Numbered from the stretch's first letter, positions 1 through 9,506 are shown. The stretch: 32,000 nt of DNA from Methanobacterium sp. UBA279 (GCA_002502855.1 DAQK01000046.1:20652-52651), one strand, 5' to 3'. Notes: a model not told the origin generated them from the letters alone. Program-made: numbers and translations.

Positions 1-99
1 GCAGGTATTGGAGACATATGGATTGATGTAGCTGTACTTCTAGGGTTCACTGCATTATTCTTCCTGATGGGCGTATTCAGATTCAACAGAGATATTTAA
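1..99 (+). CDS. 3' end of a membrane-protein gene that starts upstream of the window (possibly an ABC-2-type permease C-terminus)
   Basis: Frame 1 is open from base 1 to TAA at 97-99 and reads AGIGDIWIDVAVLLGFTALFFLMGVFRFNRDI*. This is a hydrophobic helix with a basic tail. The family guess rests on 32 aa only. Confidence 0.35.
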   Translation, partial: AGIGDIWIDVAVLLGFTALFFLMGVFRFNRDI

Positions 100-155
100 T
101 GAATTAAACAGGAAAATTAAGTGATATTTAATGATTAAATAGGAAAATAGGTGAT
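92..155. repeat. Tandem ~32-bp duplication of the translation-initiation region of the beta-propeller gene
   Basis: 92-125 is ATATTTAATGAATTAAACAGGAAAATTAAGTGAT. 124-155 is ATATTTAATGATTAAATAGGAAAATAGGTGAT. Thirty of 32 aligned positions are identical, with 2 single-nt indels. Confidence 0.7.
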
Positions 156-161
156 TATAAA

Positions 162-1400
162 ATGATTGGAAAGAATGATAAGATCATCGGACTCCTTATG
201 GTGGGTGTTTTAGCCTCCGTAATGACCTTCACACCGGTAGCAGCTGCTGATTGGCCCATATTCCATCAGAATATTGACCACACCGGTTTTCTAATACAGC
301 CGGGTGATTTCTCCCCGACAATCTGGAACTTCAACGCTGGCGACATCATACAATCCTCACCAGCCATAAAAGATAAAATAATCTTCTTCGGCTCCCACAA
401 CGGAATAATTTACGCCGTCAATATGGAAGACAGTACGAAAACATGGGAATATAAAACAGAAGGACCGGTAATTTCATCCCCAACCCTGGTTAATGATACA
501 TTATATATAGGATCATCAGATGGCAATATATACGCCCTTAACACGGCCAACGGTGAGTTGAAATGGAAATATGAAACTGGTGGTGCAGTTGAATCAACTC
601 CATCAGTGATAAATGGTACGCTATACGTGGGTTCAGATGATAAAAACGTCTACGCCATAAACGCTGATGACGGAAGTTTATTATGGAATTACGGAACCGG
701 AAAGGAGGTTAAATCTTCACCAGCAGTAGTTAACGATACATTATACATAGGATCTGATGATGGTATAATTTATGCGTTAAGTGCCGGGAACGGAAGTTTA
801 ATCTGGCATTACACCACTGGTGATAAAGTCCAGTCATCACCTTCCGTCTTCAGCGGAACCTTATACGTGGGGTCTGATGATGGAAAACTATATGCCCTGA
901 ATATAACCAGCGGAACTGTTAACTGGACTTACTCCATGGGAAAACCCGTCTCCGCATCACCCACCATAGATGAGTTCAACTACAACCTGTACATCGGAGC
1001 GGATAACGGCCAGTTTTCCTGCCTGGACACCAGAACCGGGGAACATAAATGGTCAGTCCAGACTGGTGCAGCTATTGAATCTACCGCAGCACTCTCCGGC
1101 AACCGTACGGTATTTGGATCAGACAATGGAAAATTGCACGTAGTCAACAAGTTTAGTGGTACTGTGGATTGGACTTACGAGCCAGGATACTATTTATTCA
1201 ACGCACCCATCCGCTCTTCACCTGCTTCCTATGGAAATATGACCTACTTTGGGAGTAACGATGGATATCTCTACGCAGTGAATATAGAAAAACAGAACTC
1301 ACCAACATCCATATGGGCTTACTACGTTGTTGCGATTGTAGTTATCATCGTTGCGGTGATAATCGGTCTGAGAATATTAAGAAGCAAGTTCAGGAAATAA
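162..1400 (+). CDS. Secreted/anchored PQQ-like (BamB-type) eight-bladed beta-propeller repeat protein
   Basis: N-terminal signal-like helix. Eight ~40-aa repeats of the form GSxDGxxYA(L/V)N...G...W.Y.TG..V.SSP. C-terminal TM helix plus basic tail (IVVIIVAVIIGLRILRSKFRK). SD AGGTGAT lies 7 nt before the ATG. Confidence 0.85.
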   Translation: MIGKNDKIIGLLMVGVLASVMTFTPVAAADWPIFHQNIDHTGFLIQPGDFSPTIWNFNAGDIIQSSPAIKDKIIFFGSHNGIIYAVNMEDSTKTWEYKTEGPVISSPTLVNDTLYIGSSDGNIYALNTANGELKWKYETGGAVESTPSVINGTLYVGSDDKNVYAINADDGSLLWNYGTGKEVKSSPAVVNDTLYIGSDDGIIYALSAGNGSLIWHYTTGDKVQSSPSVFSGTLYVGSDDGKLYALNITSGTVNWTYSMGKPVSASPTIDEFNYNLYIGADNGQFSCLDTRTGEHKWSVQTGAAIESTAALSGNRTVFGSDNGKLHVVNKFSGTVDWTYEPGYYLFNAPIRSSPASYGNMTYFGSNDGYLYAVNIEKQNSPTSIWAYYVVAIVVIIVAVIIGLRILRSKFRK

Positions 1401-1412
1401 ATGATATAATTT

Positions 1413-1496
1413 GAGGGGTTTCCCCATAATACAGGGATGTTTAAGGAGTGTCTCCTATTATTTAATGGGGTTCCCCTCCTTAACCTTTATTTTTTT
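1413..1496 (+). terminator. Nested GC-hairpin cluster followed by a T7 tract (putative terminator / 3' UTR structure of the beta-propeller gene)
   Basis: GGGG-TTT-CCCC (1415-1425), AGGAG-TGT-CTCCT (1444-1456) and GGGG-TT-CCCC (1467-1476). An alternative long-range pairing joins 1413-1427 with 1465-1478. T7 lies at 1490-1496. Confidence 0.5.
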
Positions 1497-1602
1497 AAAA
1501 TTATGCAGAATTGGATTTAAATAATTTTTAATGAATATTAAAAGTAAATGGTTGTTACACTAACGATAGCAGAGAACATCCAATAAAATCGATTTAAATC
1601 GA

Positions 1603-1878
1603 TTAAAGTTTGCAAAGTTGTATTTCTATGGTTGATACGTTGGTGTTTGATCCTTCGTTGCTCACTATCTCTTCTGTGGAGATATCTATGCCGCCGATAT
1701 CAACGTCGGTTATGAATCTGTTTCGCACTATTTCGGCAACATCCACTGCTCTACTTATAGCTCGACCTCTTGCTTTCAAAACAACTTCCGGAACTCCCCC
1801 GTTCATCTGGGTCACTACAGCTAAAACATAGTTCATTACCGGCTTGTTTCCGATGTACACAACATTTTCCTCTGACAT
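1603..1878 (-). CDS. albA: DNA/RNA-binding chromatin protein Alba
   Basis: 91 aa. Contains the hallmark [23 protein letters not shown] and the N-terminal [22 protein letters not shown] lies 7 nt before the ATG. Confidence 0.9.
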   Translation of the reverse strand: MSEENVVYIGNKPVMNYVLAVVTQMNGGVPEVVLKARGRAISRAVDVAEIVRNRFITDVDIGGIDISTEEIVSNEGSNTNVSTIEIQLCKL

Positions 1879-2049
1879 TCACTTACCTCCAAGACTATAC
1901 CTTGATTGTTTTTAACTATTAATCTTATTTAAAGTTTATGAGTTTAATATGGGATTTTTAACATAATTTTTTACTTAAAAACGCCTTTAAAGTAATAAAA
2001 CCTTAATATGTATAAAAAAGTGGATTCCTACCCCTAAGATGTTGGTTGG

Positions 2050-3252
2050 TTACCCACTTTTTACTTCCAATGTATCCTTTATTTTCCTAGCCAGCCCTAT
2101 TGCCCCTTCAAAACCAAATGTGGCCTCCTGACCATGCATAACATCTACTAAAGGTATTCCCAGTTCAGTGGATAATCCGATCTCTCCCATTCCTCCAAAT
2201 ATTATGTCTGGTTTTAAATTTTCCACTTCTCGGAGTATTTCTGTGTAATCTGGCTGTTTTAAAATGATAGGATGGATTTTTCTCTCTTTAATTATCTCAT
2301 TCAATTTAGAATCGGTGTATTTTCCTTCAAAGTCCAGGCAGATGAGAACCGGTTTCATACCCAGCTCAGATAGAAACCTGGTAAGTGCGATGGCCCGGGT
2401 TGCTCCCGCCACGATCACCGCCTTTTTACCTCTTAGATAGGGCAGATATTTCTTTAACTCCTTTTCTGCCCTTTTTTCATCCTCAGCGAAGACGTAATCC
2501 CTGTCGAGTTTTTTACATATCTCCTGGAGATAATTTCCCGTGGCTTTTACACCTATTGGTAAGGTTTCGTGTAGAAATGGGATGCCAAATTTCTTCTCCA
2601 TCAGTTCACAGGGCTCTATCCCTGAAGCTTCACACATGGAGATATTCAGAGATGCTGTGGGTGCCAATTTAACTTCTTCTAACGTGCACCCGGAGGTTAA
2701 AACACAGGTAAGTTTGATGCCCAGTTTATCAAAATATTCTTTAAGGATTTTTAGATCCGGGCCTCCCCGGTATTGTCCTATGAGATTGACCGAGTTTTCT
2801 CTAACAGTTACTTCTTTTGGTGGTGGTTCCATCAAATCCACCAGGACAGTTAAACATTCTAGGTAACCTTCTATTTGGCTTCCCTCAAACCCTCCAGAAC
2901 TGATGGTTATTAATTCTGCCTTAACGTTATTTTCAGCCTCATCTATAACCTTGTCTATGTTTTCGCCTATTATACTGCTTGCACAGGAGCTTAAAACAGC
3001 GATGAGTTGTGGTGAATATTTTTCATCGGCTTCACAGATTTTCTGGAGGAGTTTATCCTCCCCTCCAAACACTATGTCGTTTTGATCCATCTCAGTGGAG
3101 AGTATTCTGATGGGTCTGCTGCTGCGCAGGCTCAGAAGATATTTTATATGATAATAACAACCGATGGGTCCGTGTATTAAGGGCAGTGCTCCTTTAATTC
3201 CCAGTACAGTCCGGATTACTCCGAATAGTTTGCAGGTTCTTAGTGATTCCAT
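2050..3252 (-). CDS. cfbD: Nitrogenase component-1-type oxidoreductase, NflD/CfbD-like (putative Ni-sirohydrochlorin a,c-diamide reductive cyclase subunit, F430 biosynthesis)
   Basis: 400 aa, shorter than NifD/K/E/N. Has the NifD/K-fold motifs LIHGPIGC and SSCASSIIGENI. There is no adjacent nifH/nifK. A methanogen context favours the Nfl/Cfb family, but this subfamily assignment is an inference. Confidence 0.6.
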   Translation of the reverse strand: MESLRTCKLFGVIRTVLGIKGALPLIHGPIGCYYHIKYLLSLRSSRPIRILSTEMDQNDIVFGGEDKLLQKICEADEKYSPQLIAVLSSCASSIIGENIDKVIDEAENNVKAELITISSGGFEGSQIEGYLECLTVLVDLMEPPPKEVTVRENSVNLIGQYRGGPDLKILKEYFDKLGIKLTCVLTSGCTLEEVKLAPTASLNISMCEASGIEPCELMEKKFGIPFLHETLPIGVKATGNYLQEICKKLDRDYVFAEDEKRAEKELKKYLPYLRGKKAVIVAGATRAIALTRFLSELGMKPVLICLDFEGKYTDSKLNEIIKERKIHPIILKQPDYTEILREVENLKPDIIFGGMGEIGLSTELGIPLVDVMHGQEATFGFEGAIGLARKIKDTLEVKSG

Positions 3253-3292
3253 GATCGTTGCTACTTAATCTCAAAATTAATTTATTTCCTTT

Positions 3293-3685
3293 TTACTTTC
3301 CATGGAAAGTTTTCTCTATGAGGGAATGTGAATCTTCTTTCTTAAATGGTTTGTTTAACAGTCCAAAAAATTTTTTAACCGATGGTTCTGTTATTTTGGC
3401 TCGTTGAAGTGTTTTTTCATCACTGTAGGCCGTTAGAAATATCAACGGGATAGAGTGACTGTCCCAGATTTCTTCTGCTGCTTCTACCCCGTCCATCTCG
3501 CCCTTTAAATTGATGTCCATCAACACCAGATCAACCCCTGTATCTTCTACTTTGTTGATGGCTTCTTCTCCAGAAATTACCAGGCTAACTACCTGATATC
3601 CCTGGTTTTTCAGGGCTAATTTAATGTGTTCTGCTGTGATTATCTCATCTTCCACCACAAGAATTTTATCATCCATTCTCTCCAC
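3293..3685 (-). CDS. Stand-alone response regulator receiver (CheY-like REC) protein
   Basis: Motifs ILVVEDE...DLVLMDINL (phospho-acceptor Asp context), FLTAY and NKPF. No output domain. The track start is GTG at 3685; an alternative ATG lies at 3676. Confidence 0.85.
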   Translation of the reverse strand: MERMDDKILVVEDEIITAEHIKLALKNQGYQVVSLVISGEEAINKVEDTGVDLVLMDINLKGEMDGVEAAEEIWDSHSIPLIFLTAYSDEKTLQRAKITEPSVKKFFGLLNKPFKKEDSHSLIEKTFHGK

Positions 3686-3754
3686 TCAACCGCCCATCTT
3701 TCAACTCGAGATATGTGAATTATCATTCTATAAAACTTATCTTCTCTATAAAAC

Positions 3755-5290
3755 CTATCTTCCCACAAGTATCCTGTTAATAGCGTATAATACTGCCTCT
3801 ACACTGGCTAATACAATGTCATCTGCTGCGGAACGGCCTATGGCATTGTTCCCCTTCTTATCACCCATTATCACGAAGACTTCCGCCAGTGAGTCAGGGC
3901 CTCCGGTAATTGCTTCAATATTATATTCCTTAAGCTCCATATCGGCAGTTTCACTCATGAGACTCTGTATAGCGTTTATAGCCGCATCTACTGGTCCTAC
4001 ACCAGTTTTCGCTGCGGTACTTATCTTGCCGTCTATGTTCAGTTTAACTGTGGCGGTGGGCATAACGTTGTCCCCGGTCATGACCGAGAATCCTTCCAGT
4101 TTCACTATCTCATTTTCAGCCCGGCCGAGAACCGTCTCTGCCATGGCCTTTAAATCCGCGTCGGTTACACATTTACCTTTATCTCCCAGTTTCTTTACCT
4201 GGTCGAAGATCTGGTTGAACTGTTCATCCGTGACTTCTATTCCATATTCGGTTAATTTTGATCTTATGGCGTTTGCACCGGTGTGTTTGCCCAGGACTAT
4301 TTTTCTGGTATGCCCTACCATCTCTGGGGTGATTGGTTCGTAAGTTTCTGCTTTTGCTAATACCCCGTGTACGTGTATGCCTGCTTCATGGGCAAAGGCA
4401 TTTTCACCTACGATGGCCTTGTTAGGGGGCATTTTAACCCCGGTTATCCGGGCTACCTGCTCGGAGGCATCCACCAGTAGCCGGGTGTTGATGTTCATAT
4501 CCACTCCGTAATCTATTATGAGGGCCATTACCACCTCTTCCAGCGACGCGTTTCCGGCGCGTTCTCCCAGTCCGTTTATGGTGGCGTGCACCTGTTCAGC
4601 ACCAGCTTCCACTGCACTTAATGAATTGGCCACGGCTAATCCAAAGTCATCGTGACAGTGCACGCTTAGGGGAACTTTTAGGTACCTTTTAAGCTCAGAT
4701 ATAAGATATCTCATGGAACTAGGGATCATCACCCCTACAGTATCCGGGACGTTGATGTAATCCACTTTAGCGCTTTCTACTGCCTGGTATACTTCTTTCA
4801 GATAGTCAAATTCTGTCCTGGTAGCGTCTTCGGCGGAAAATTCCGCGGTTATACCGTGATCTTTGATGTACTCCACCGCATCCACTGAGAGATTTAATAT
4901 CTCCTCTTTACTCTTTTTTAACTTATATTCCCGGTGTAACGGTGAAGTCCCAATAAATGTGTGTATATAATCTACTTCAGAATTGACAGCCGCTTCTAAA
5001 TCCTTTTCAAGGGTTCTGGCCAAACCGCAAATCTGGGTGTCCAGGTCAAGTTTCACTATCTCCCGGGCTGCTCTCCTTTCACCCTCTGAGGAAGCTGGAA
5101 ATCCCACTTCCAGGGTGTCAACTCCTAATTTATCCAGTCTTTTTGCGATTCTGATTTTCTCATCCACTGTCAGGGCCACTCCCGGGGTCTGCTCTCCATC
5201 CCTCAATGTGGTGTCGAAGATTCGAACCCTCTCCGGTAGTTTCATAGCCCCCTTTACTTCGTCTATGTACATAAAAAATCCGCCTTGCAT
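3755..5290 (-). CDS. 2-isopropylmalate synthase / (R)-citramalate synthase family enzyme (LeuA/CimA) with C-terminal regulatory domain
   Basis: Motifs [40 protein letters not shown] and [11 protein letters not shown]. The LeuA-dimer-type C-terminus is present. The LeuA versus CimA paralogue cannot be resolved by eye. The true start is probably an internal ATG (5272 or 5245). Confidence 0.85.
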   Translation of the reverse strand: MQGGFFMYIDEVKGAMKLPERVRIFDTTLRDGEQTPGVALTVDEKIRIAKRLDKLGVDTLEVGFPASSEGERRAAREIVKLDLDTQICGLARTLEKDLEAAVNSEVDYIHTFIGTSPLHREYKLKKSKEEILNLSVDAVEYIKDHGITAEFSAEDATRTEFDYLKEVYQAVESAKVDYINVPDTVGVMIPSSMRYLISELKRYLKVPLSVHCHDDFGLAVANSLSAVEAGAEQVHATINGLGERAGNASLEEVVMALIIDYGVDMNINTRLLVDASEQVARITGVKMPPNKAIVGENAFAHEAGIHVHGVLAKAETYEPITPEMVGHTRKIVLGKHTGANAIRSKLTEYGIEVTDEQFNQIFDQVKKLGDKGKCVTDADLKAMAETVLGRAENEIVKLEGFSVMTGDNVMPTATVKLNIDGKISTAAKTGVGPVDAAINAIQSLMSETADMELKEYNIEAITGGPDSLAEVFVIMGDKKGNNAIGRSAADDIVLASVEAVLYAINRILVGR

Positions 5291-5355
5291 TGAATTTGAA
5301 TTTGGTGTGTGGTTATGTATTTAATTTATTGGGGTATATTTAAGTTCCTATAATT

Positions 5356-6159
5356 TTAAGTACCCATAATTAAACTCAATAAATCCCTTAAACCCGTGGA
5401 TATCCCCAAAATAAGTATCGCCAGCTTCAACATGTTTTTAATGGTTTTATCTTCTATGTAACTATCGATAACGTACAGCGCGAATAATATAACTATTATT
5501 TTAAGTGGGAACATCACCAGGGCTGTCCCGGTGAGGCCTATTAAAGCGTTGGGAAGTACATGCTGCTCCCCATAGGGATAGAAATCTATGGCCACGAAGG
5601 TTGCACTGGCATCGAATATATGGGCCAGTAGAACGCTTAAATTAAATTTATCCTTGATTAAGCTCCATTTATTTCTGAAGATTACAAAAACAGATGATAC
5701 CAGTAGCCAGGACCCTAACACCTGCGCTAACGCCACGAAGTTGATATGGGATATGTTCAGGATGTTGGGTATACAGATAACTACCCCCACCAGGAAGATG
5801 AGGTACCGGTAATCCAGGTTGGTCTTCCTTTCAATGTAAACTGACACTAAAAGGGTTATAATCGTCGCTAACCCCGTTATGATATATATCCCTGGCGTGA
5901 TCAAGAGGTAACTGAGGGGGTAGATGCCGTTGTCCACCAGTGCCCGGGTGCTGGATCCAAAGAAGATAAAGGGTGTCACCGGGATTATCAGGTCTTTAGG
6001 GTCCTTTTTAATGTACCGAAACATCTTTATGAGTAAAATAACGATGATACCAAGTATAATGCCGAAAACAAGCGTGTTAAGTACGTTGTAACCCGGGCCG
6101 AAGTAGACTATGTGGGTGGTGATGAATTGAGTTATCTGTGATTGTAAGTCCAGTAACAT
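5356..6159 (-). CDS. Polytopic integral membrane protein (archaeal DUF63-like)
   Basis: 267 aa with 7-8 predicted hydrophobic helices. The overall pattern recalls archaeal DUF63 proteins. The family call is from memory, not from a search. Confidence 0.55.
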   Translation of the reverse strand: MLLDLQSQITQFITTHIVYFGPGYNVLNTLVFGIILGIIVILLIKMFRYIKKDPKDLIIPVTPFIFFGSSTRALVDNGIYPLSYLLITPGIYIITGLATIITLLVSVYIERKTNLDYRYLIFLVGVVICIPNILNISHINFVALAQVLGSWLLVSSVFVIFRNKWSLIKDKFNLSVLLAHIFDASATFVAIDFYPYGEQHVLPNALIGLTGTALVMFPLKIIVILFALYVIDSYIEDKTIKNMLKLAILILGISTGLRDLLSLIMGT

Positions 6160-6304
6160 AAATCAGAGTTAAATGGTTTTGTGATTTAAATATATCTACA
6201 GAAATTGAGTTTATCTCCCATATGTCTCGGAATGCGAAAAATATATGCAAGATTTAGAATTAATCTCCAAAAATAAATTAAATCTCCTAATGCCCGAAAT
6301 ATCC

Positions 6305-6955
6305 CTATAATTTGTTGATTATCTTCTTCCTAATTACTTCCTTCATTATGAGGGGTAAAGGAGTTCTATCACCAAATACATTGGTTTTCCCAGATAATAT
6401 GGTCTTAAGTACACTTTCTGTTGTAAAATCAGCTTCCAGTTCCGTTACACAGCTACCAATTGCACCCAGGAAGTGGGCATCGCTGGATCCTATCTGGGGA
6501 ATATTCCTCTTTTCTGCTAATTTACAGGCCCTCCAGTTGGAGATGCCGAAGATGTACCGGCTGTTAAGGGTTTCAATGGCATCTATGTCGAGATTTTCCA
6601 CATAATCACATAAACCCTCCCTGTAGCGGACGAATGGGTGGGGGACAATGGCTATACCGCCCTGGGATCTGATATCATCTATGGTCACCTCTGGTGAATT
6701 TCCCTTCTCCACCTCCCGGGTTACACCCAGTGCAACTATGTGTCCTTTGCTGGTGGTGACTTCCATGGCGGGTATGACCAGGAAGTTGTCCAGTTTCTCC
6801 GCCAACTTCAAAGCCACCTGAGAACCACGGAGGGTATTATGATCCGCTATGGCAATGGCATCGAGTCCAATTTCCTGGGACTTCTCTATAATCTGCGCAG
6901 GTGTTGGTGTAGCATCACCAGAATAATTGCTGTGGATATGCGGGTCTAGGATCAT
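6305..6955 (-). CDS. PHP-domain metal-dependent phosphoesterase
   Basis: N-terminal DPHIHSNYSGD, plus AIADHNT, VPHPF and SSDAHF. These are the four His/Asp metal-binding motifs of the PHP fold. Confidence 0.8.
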   Translation of the reverse strand: MILDPHIHSNYSGDATPTPAQIIEKSQEIGLDAIAIADHNTLRGSQVALKLAEKLDNFLVIPAMEVTTSKGHIVALGVTREVEKGNSPEVTIDDIRSQGGIAIVPHPFVRYREGLCDYVENLDIDAIETLNSRYIFGISNWRACKLAEKRNIPQIGSSDAHFLGAIGSCVTELEADFTTESVLKTILSGKTNVFGDRTPLPLIMKEVIRKKIINKL

Positions 6956-7000
6956 TTAATCAGCTTTCTGTAAATTTTTAGGTTCTTTTCTCATTTCAAA

Positions 7001-7052
7001 CTCATTGGTTTTTTTAAAGACTCATTGGTTTTTCAAAAATCATTGGTGTTTT
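7001..7052. repeat. Three direct repeats CTCATTGGT(T/G)TTTT at 19-20 bp spacing
   Basis: Copies at 7001-7013 and 7021-7033 are identical 13-mers. The copy at 7040-7052 matches 12/13. The array sits between the DUF1786-like gene stop and the PHP gene start. Confidence 0.75.
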
Positions 7053-8071
7053 TTAATATACTTAACGGCCTTCACCAGCCCAGAAGGTCCGGCCATCATA
7101 ACATCTCCTGTTGGGGCGGCGTTATGGACTTTAAAACTTGTCTTCTTGAGGATCCCTCTCTTTGGCCCGGTGGCCACCAGGCACTGGAAATCACCGATTG
7201 GCTCTGCAACCCAGGCCCCATGGCCGCCGTCTTCATGGATCTGTTCATGACGGAGGGTGCCCTGTGCCAGTTCCCTGCAGAATCTGGTGATCTTATCCAG
7301 GGTTAACATGCCGGTGTGGTGTTCGAAAACTCCGGAAATTTTCCCATCTTTAAATGAAGCGGCCAGTGTGTGACCGTTACCAACATCTAATGCTATAAAA
7401 CTATCTAAATCTTTAACGTATTCATCGCAGGTGGCTCCACAGATAGAGGCAAACTTCGAGTCCATTATAACCACATTGTATCCTTTAAGAGTTCTTAAAA
7501 CCCCGTTCATCCTGGTTAAATACTCCGGGGCGGTGTTGGAGTAAGCGAATACTTCAGGCGGTTGTGGTGATTCCAGTTTTTCCTTGATTTTACTGAATCG
7601 GAAGTTTCGATCACCTATGCCCTCTGAGTATCCGTGATCCTGGACTGCCACTGCGATGTAGTCGAATTCCAGTTCCACGTCGAATACATTAAATGCTTCC
7701 CTGATTGCCTCTAAATCCACATCTTTAAGTTTAATCTCTGAAATTTCAGGGTACCTCTCTCCAGGAGGGATTATTTCGATACCTAAAGATTTAACCCTGT
7801 TAAAATCATCTCTTACCGTCCTGGCAGCATTTTCAGTCATTAAAACCCGGTACCCTTTCTCTAGATGATTTTTTATCGCCTTATTTATTGACCCTCCCCC
7901 CATGGTTTCGCCGCTTAAAAACAGGTCGTTGTGGTTTTTGCGTATTTTTTCGGCGAAAATCCTGGTTGGAGAAGGTAAAACCATTTTATAAGAGTTTTCA
8001 ATGGGTTGTTCAGAGTCATAGAGCATTATATCCTGGGTTCCAGCACCCACATCGATGGCCAGTATCTTCAT
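7040..8071 (-). CDS. ASKHA (actin/sugar-kinase-like ATPase) fold protein, DUF1786-like, function unknown
   Basis: N-terminal phosphate-1 motif KILAIDVGAGTQD and a second motif IALDVGNGHT. 343 aa. Confidence 0.6.
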   Translation of the reverse strand: MKILAIDVGAGTQDIMLYDSEQPIENSYKMVLPSPTRIFAEKIRKNHNDLFLSGETMGGGSINKAIKNHLEKGYRVLMTENAARTVRDDFNRVKSLGIEIIPPGERYPEISEIKLKDVDLEAIREAFNVFDVELEFDYIAVAVQDHGYSEGIGDRNFRFSKIKEKLESPQPPEVFAYSNTAPEYLTRMNGVLRTLKGYNVVIMDSKFASICGATCDEYVKDLDSFIALDVGNGHTLAASFKDGKISGVFEHHTGMLTLDKITRFCRELAQGTLRHEQIHEDGGHGAWVAEPIGDFQCLVATGPKRGILKKTSFKVHNAAPTGDVMMAGPSGLVKAVKYIKKHQ

Positions 8072-8213
8072 GTTAAATTATATGGAGGCGGGTTTTAAAA
8101 AAGCTATCCTATATATGTTCAACAAAGTTTAAATATCTACAGGATTTAATCAGATATCACTATCTTTTGAAGATCTAGATTTAAACAAAAAATTTTATGG
8201 AAAAAGTGGTTTT

Positions 8214-9506
8214 ATGTACAAAATTACCCTATCAGAAAAAGACACTCCAAAAAACTGGTACAACATAGCTGCTGATTTACCTGTAGAACCCCCAGAATAC
8301 TCCCAGACCGAAGAGGGAAAACAACTGGAAAATTTACCCAAAATATTCTCCAAGGGAGTTTTAGGACAGGAACTATCGACTGAACGATGGATTGAAATTC
8401 CAAAAGAAGTTAGAAAGGTCTACCAACAAATAGGTAGGCCAAGTCCCCTCTTCCGTGCTAAAGGCTTGGAAGAACACCTCGACACTCCGGCCAAGATATT
8501 CTACAAACGAGAAGACATGTCACCCACCGGCAGCCATAAACTCAACACAGCCATAGCTCAGGCCTACTACGCAAAGCAAGATGGTGTTGAAAGGCTTACA
8601 ACAGAAACCGGTGCCGGACAATGGGGAACAGCCCTGTCCCTAGCATGTAAACTCATGGGATTAGACTGCCTGGTCTATATGGTTAAGGTATCCTTCCAGC
8701 AGAAACCCTACCGAAAAACTGTCATGCAGATCTACGATGGAGAGGTCATCCCCTCACCCAGCAACACCACCGAGTACGGTAAAAAAGTGCTGGCAGAAAA
8801 ACCAGACCACCCCGGATCCCTGGGTATAGCCATATCAGAAGCCATAGAAGTGGCATTAAACGATGATAAAGCTTATTACTCACTGGGAAGTGTGTTAAAC
8901 CATGTGATGCTGCACCAGACCGTTATCGGCCAGGAGATTAAGATGCAGTTGGATAAAATCGATGCCACACCGGATGTAATGATTGGATGCGTCGGTGGTG
9001 GAAGTAACCTCGCAGGATCAACCTTCCCCTTCATCAAGGACAAATTAAGCGGAGACCTGGACTGCCAGTTCATCGCAGCAGAACCCGCCTCTTGCCCAAC
9101 AATCACTCAGGGAGAGTACAAGTACGACTTCGGTGACAGCTGCGGTTTAACACCCTTAATTAAGATGTACACCCTGGGCCATGACTACATACCCCCATCC
9201 GTACACGCCGGAGGCCTGCGTTACCACGGTATGGCACCTCACGTAGCACTACTGGCACATGAAAAAGTCATAGAAGCACGCACCGTCCACCAGACCGATG
9301 TCTTCGGGAGCAACAAAATCTTCGCCCAAACAGAAGGCGTAATACCCGCCCCAGAAACAGGACATGCAGTCAAAATCGGAATAGATGAAGCTATCAAGTG
9401 CCGTAAGACCGGAGAAGATAAAAACATCGTCATAAACTTCTCAGGACACGGTTTACTTGACCTTCAAGGTTACGATGATTTTCTGGAAGGTAAATTAGAG
9501 GATTAA
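8214..9506 (+). CDS. trpB: TrpB2-type tryptophan synthase beta-like PLP enzyme (stand-alone)
   Basis: 430 aa. PLP-lysine motif [11 protein letters not shown], plus [12 protein letters not shown] and GCVGGGSN. The extended N-terminus is typical of TrpB2. No trpA or other trp genes are adjacent. Confidence 0.9.
   Translation: MYKITLSEKDTPKNWYNIAADLPVEPPEYSQTEEGKQLENLPKIFSKGVLGQELSTERWIEIPKEVRKVYQQIGRPSPLFRAKGLEEHLDTPAKIFYKREDMSPTGSHKLNTAIAQAYYAKQDGVERLTTETGAGQWGTALSLACKLMGLDCLVYMVKVSFQQKPYRKTVMQIYDGEVIPSPSNTTEYGKKVLAEKPDHPGSLGIAISEAIEVALNDDKAYYSLGSVLNHVMLHQTVIGQEIKMQLDKIDATPDVMIGCVGGGSNLAGSTFPFIKDKLSGDLDCQFIAAEPASCPTITQGEYKYDFGDSCGLTPLIKMYTLGHDYIPPSVHAGGLRYHGMAPHVALLAHEKVIEARTVHQTDVFGSNKIFAQTEGVIPAPETGHAVKIGIDEAIKCRKTGEDKNIVINFSGHGLLDLQGYDDFLEGKLED

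Noticed and set aside
2050-3252. Reading the nitrogenase-like gene as a true nifD/K/E/N (nitrogen fixation)
   Set aside because: At 400 aa it is too short. There are no adjacent nifH, nifK or nifEN genes, and the methanogen context fits the Nfl/Cfb (F430) clade better.
3624-4343. 239-aa plus-strand ORF
   Set aside because: It lies entirely antisense to the strongly supported response-regulator and leuA/cimA genes. It has Ser/Thr/Ile-rich low-information composition and no SD, so it is a shadow ORF.
6213-6287. Three ATCTCC-containing direct repeats (AATTAATCTCC / AATTAAATCTCC) at ~19-bp spacing between the PHP and DUF63-like genes
   Set aside because: The shared core is only 6-11 nt in very AT-rich DNA. 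This is not clearly above chance. On the coding strand the repeats read as SD-like GGAGAT strings.
7001-7052. CRISPR-like interpretation of the regularly spaced repeats (here and at 27276-27328)
   Set aside because: There are only three copies. The repeat cores are 8-13 nt with 7-12 nt between them, and no cas genes are present. The spacing matches helical phasing, not repeat-spacer units.
7005-7306. 81- and 93-aa plus-strand ORFs
   Set aside because: They are antisense to the 3' part of the ASKHA/DUF1786-like gene and start inside the repeat array. They have no coding features of their own.
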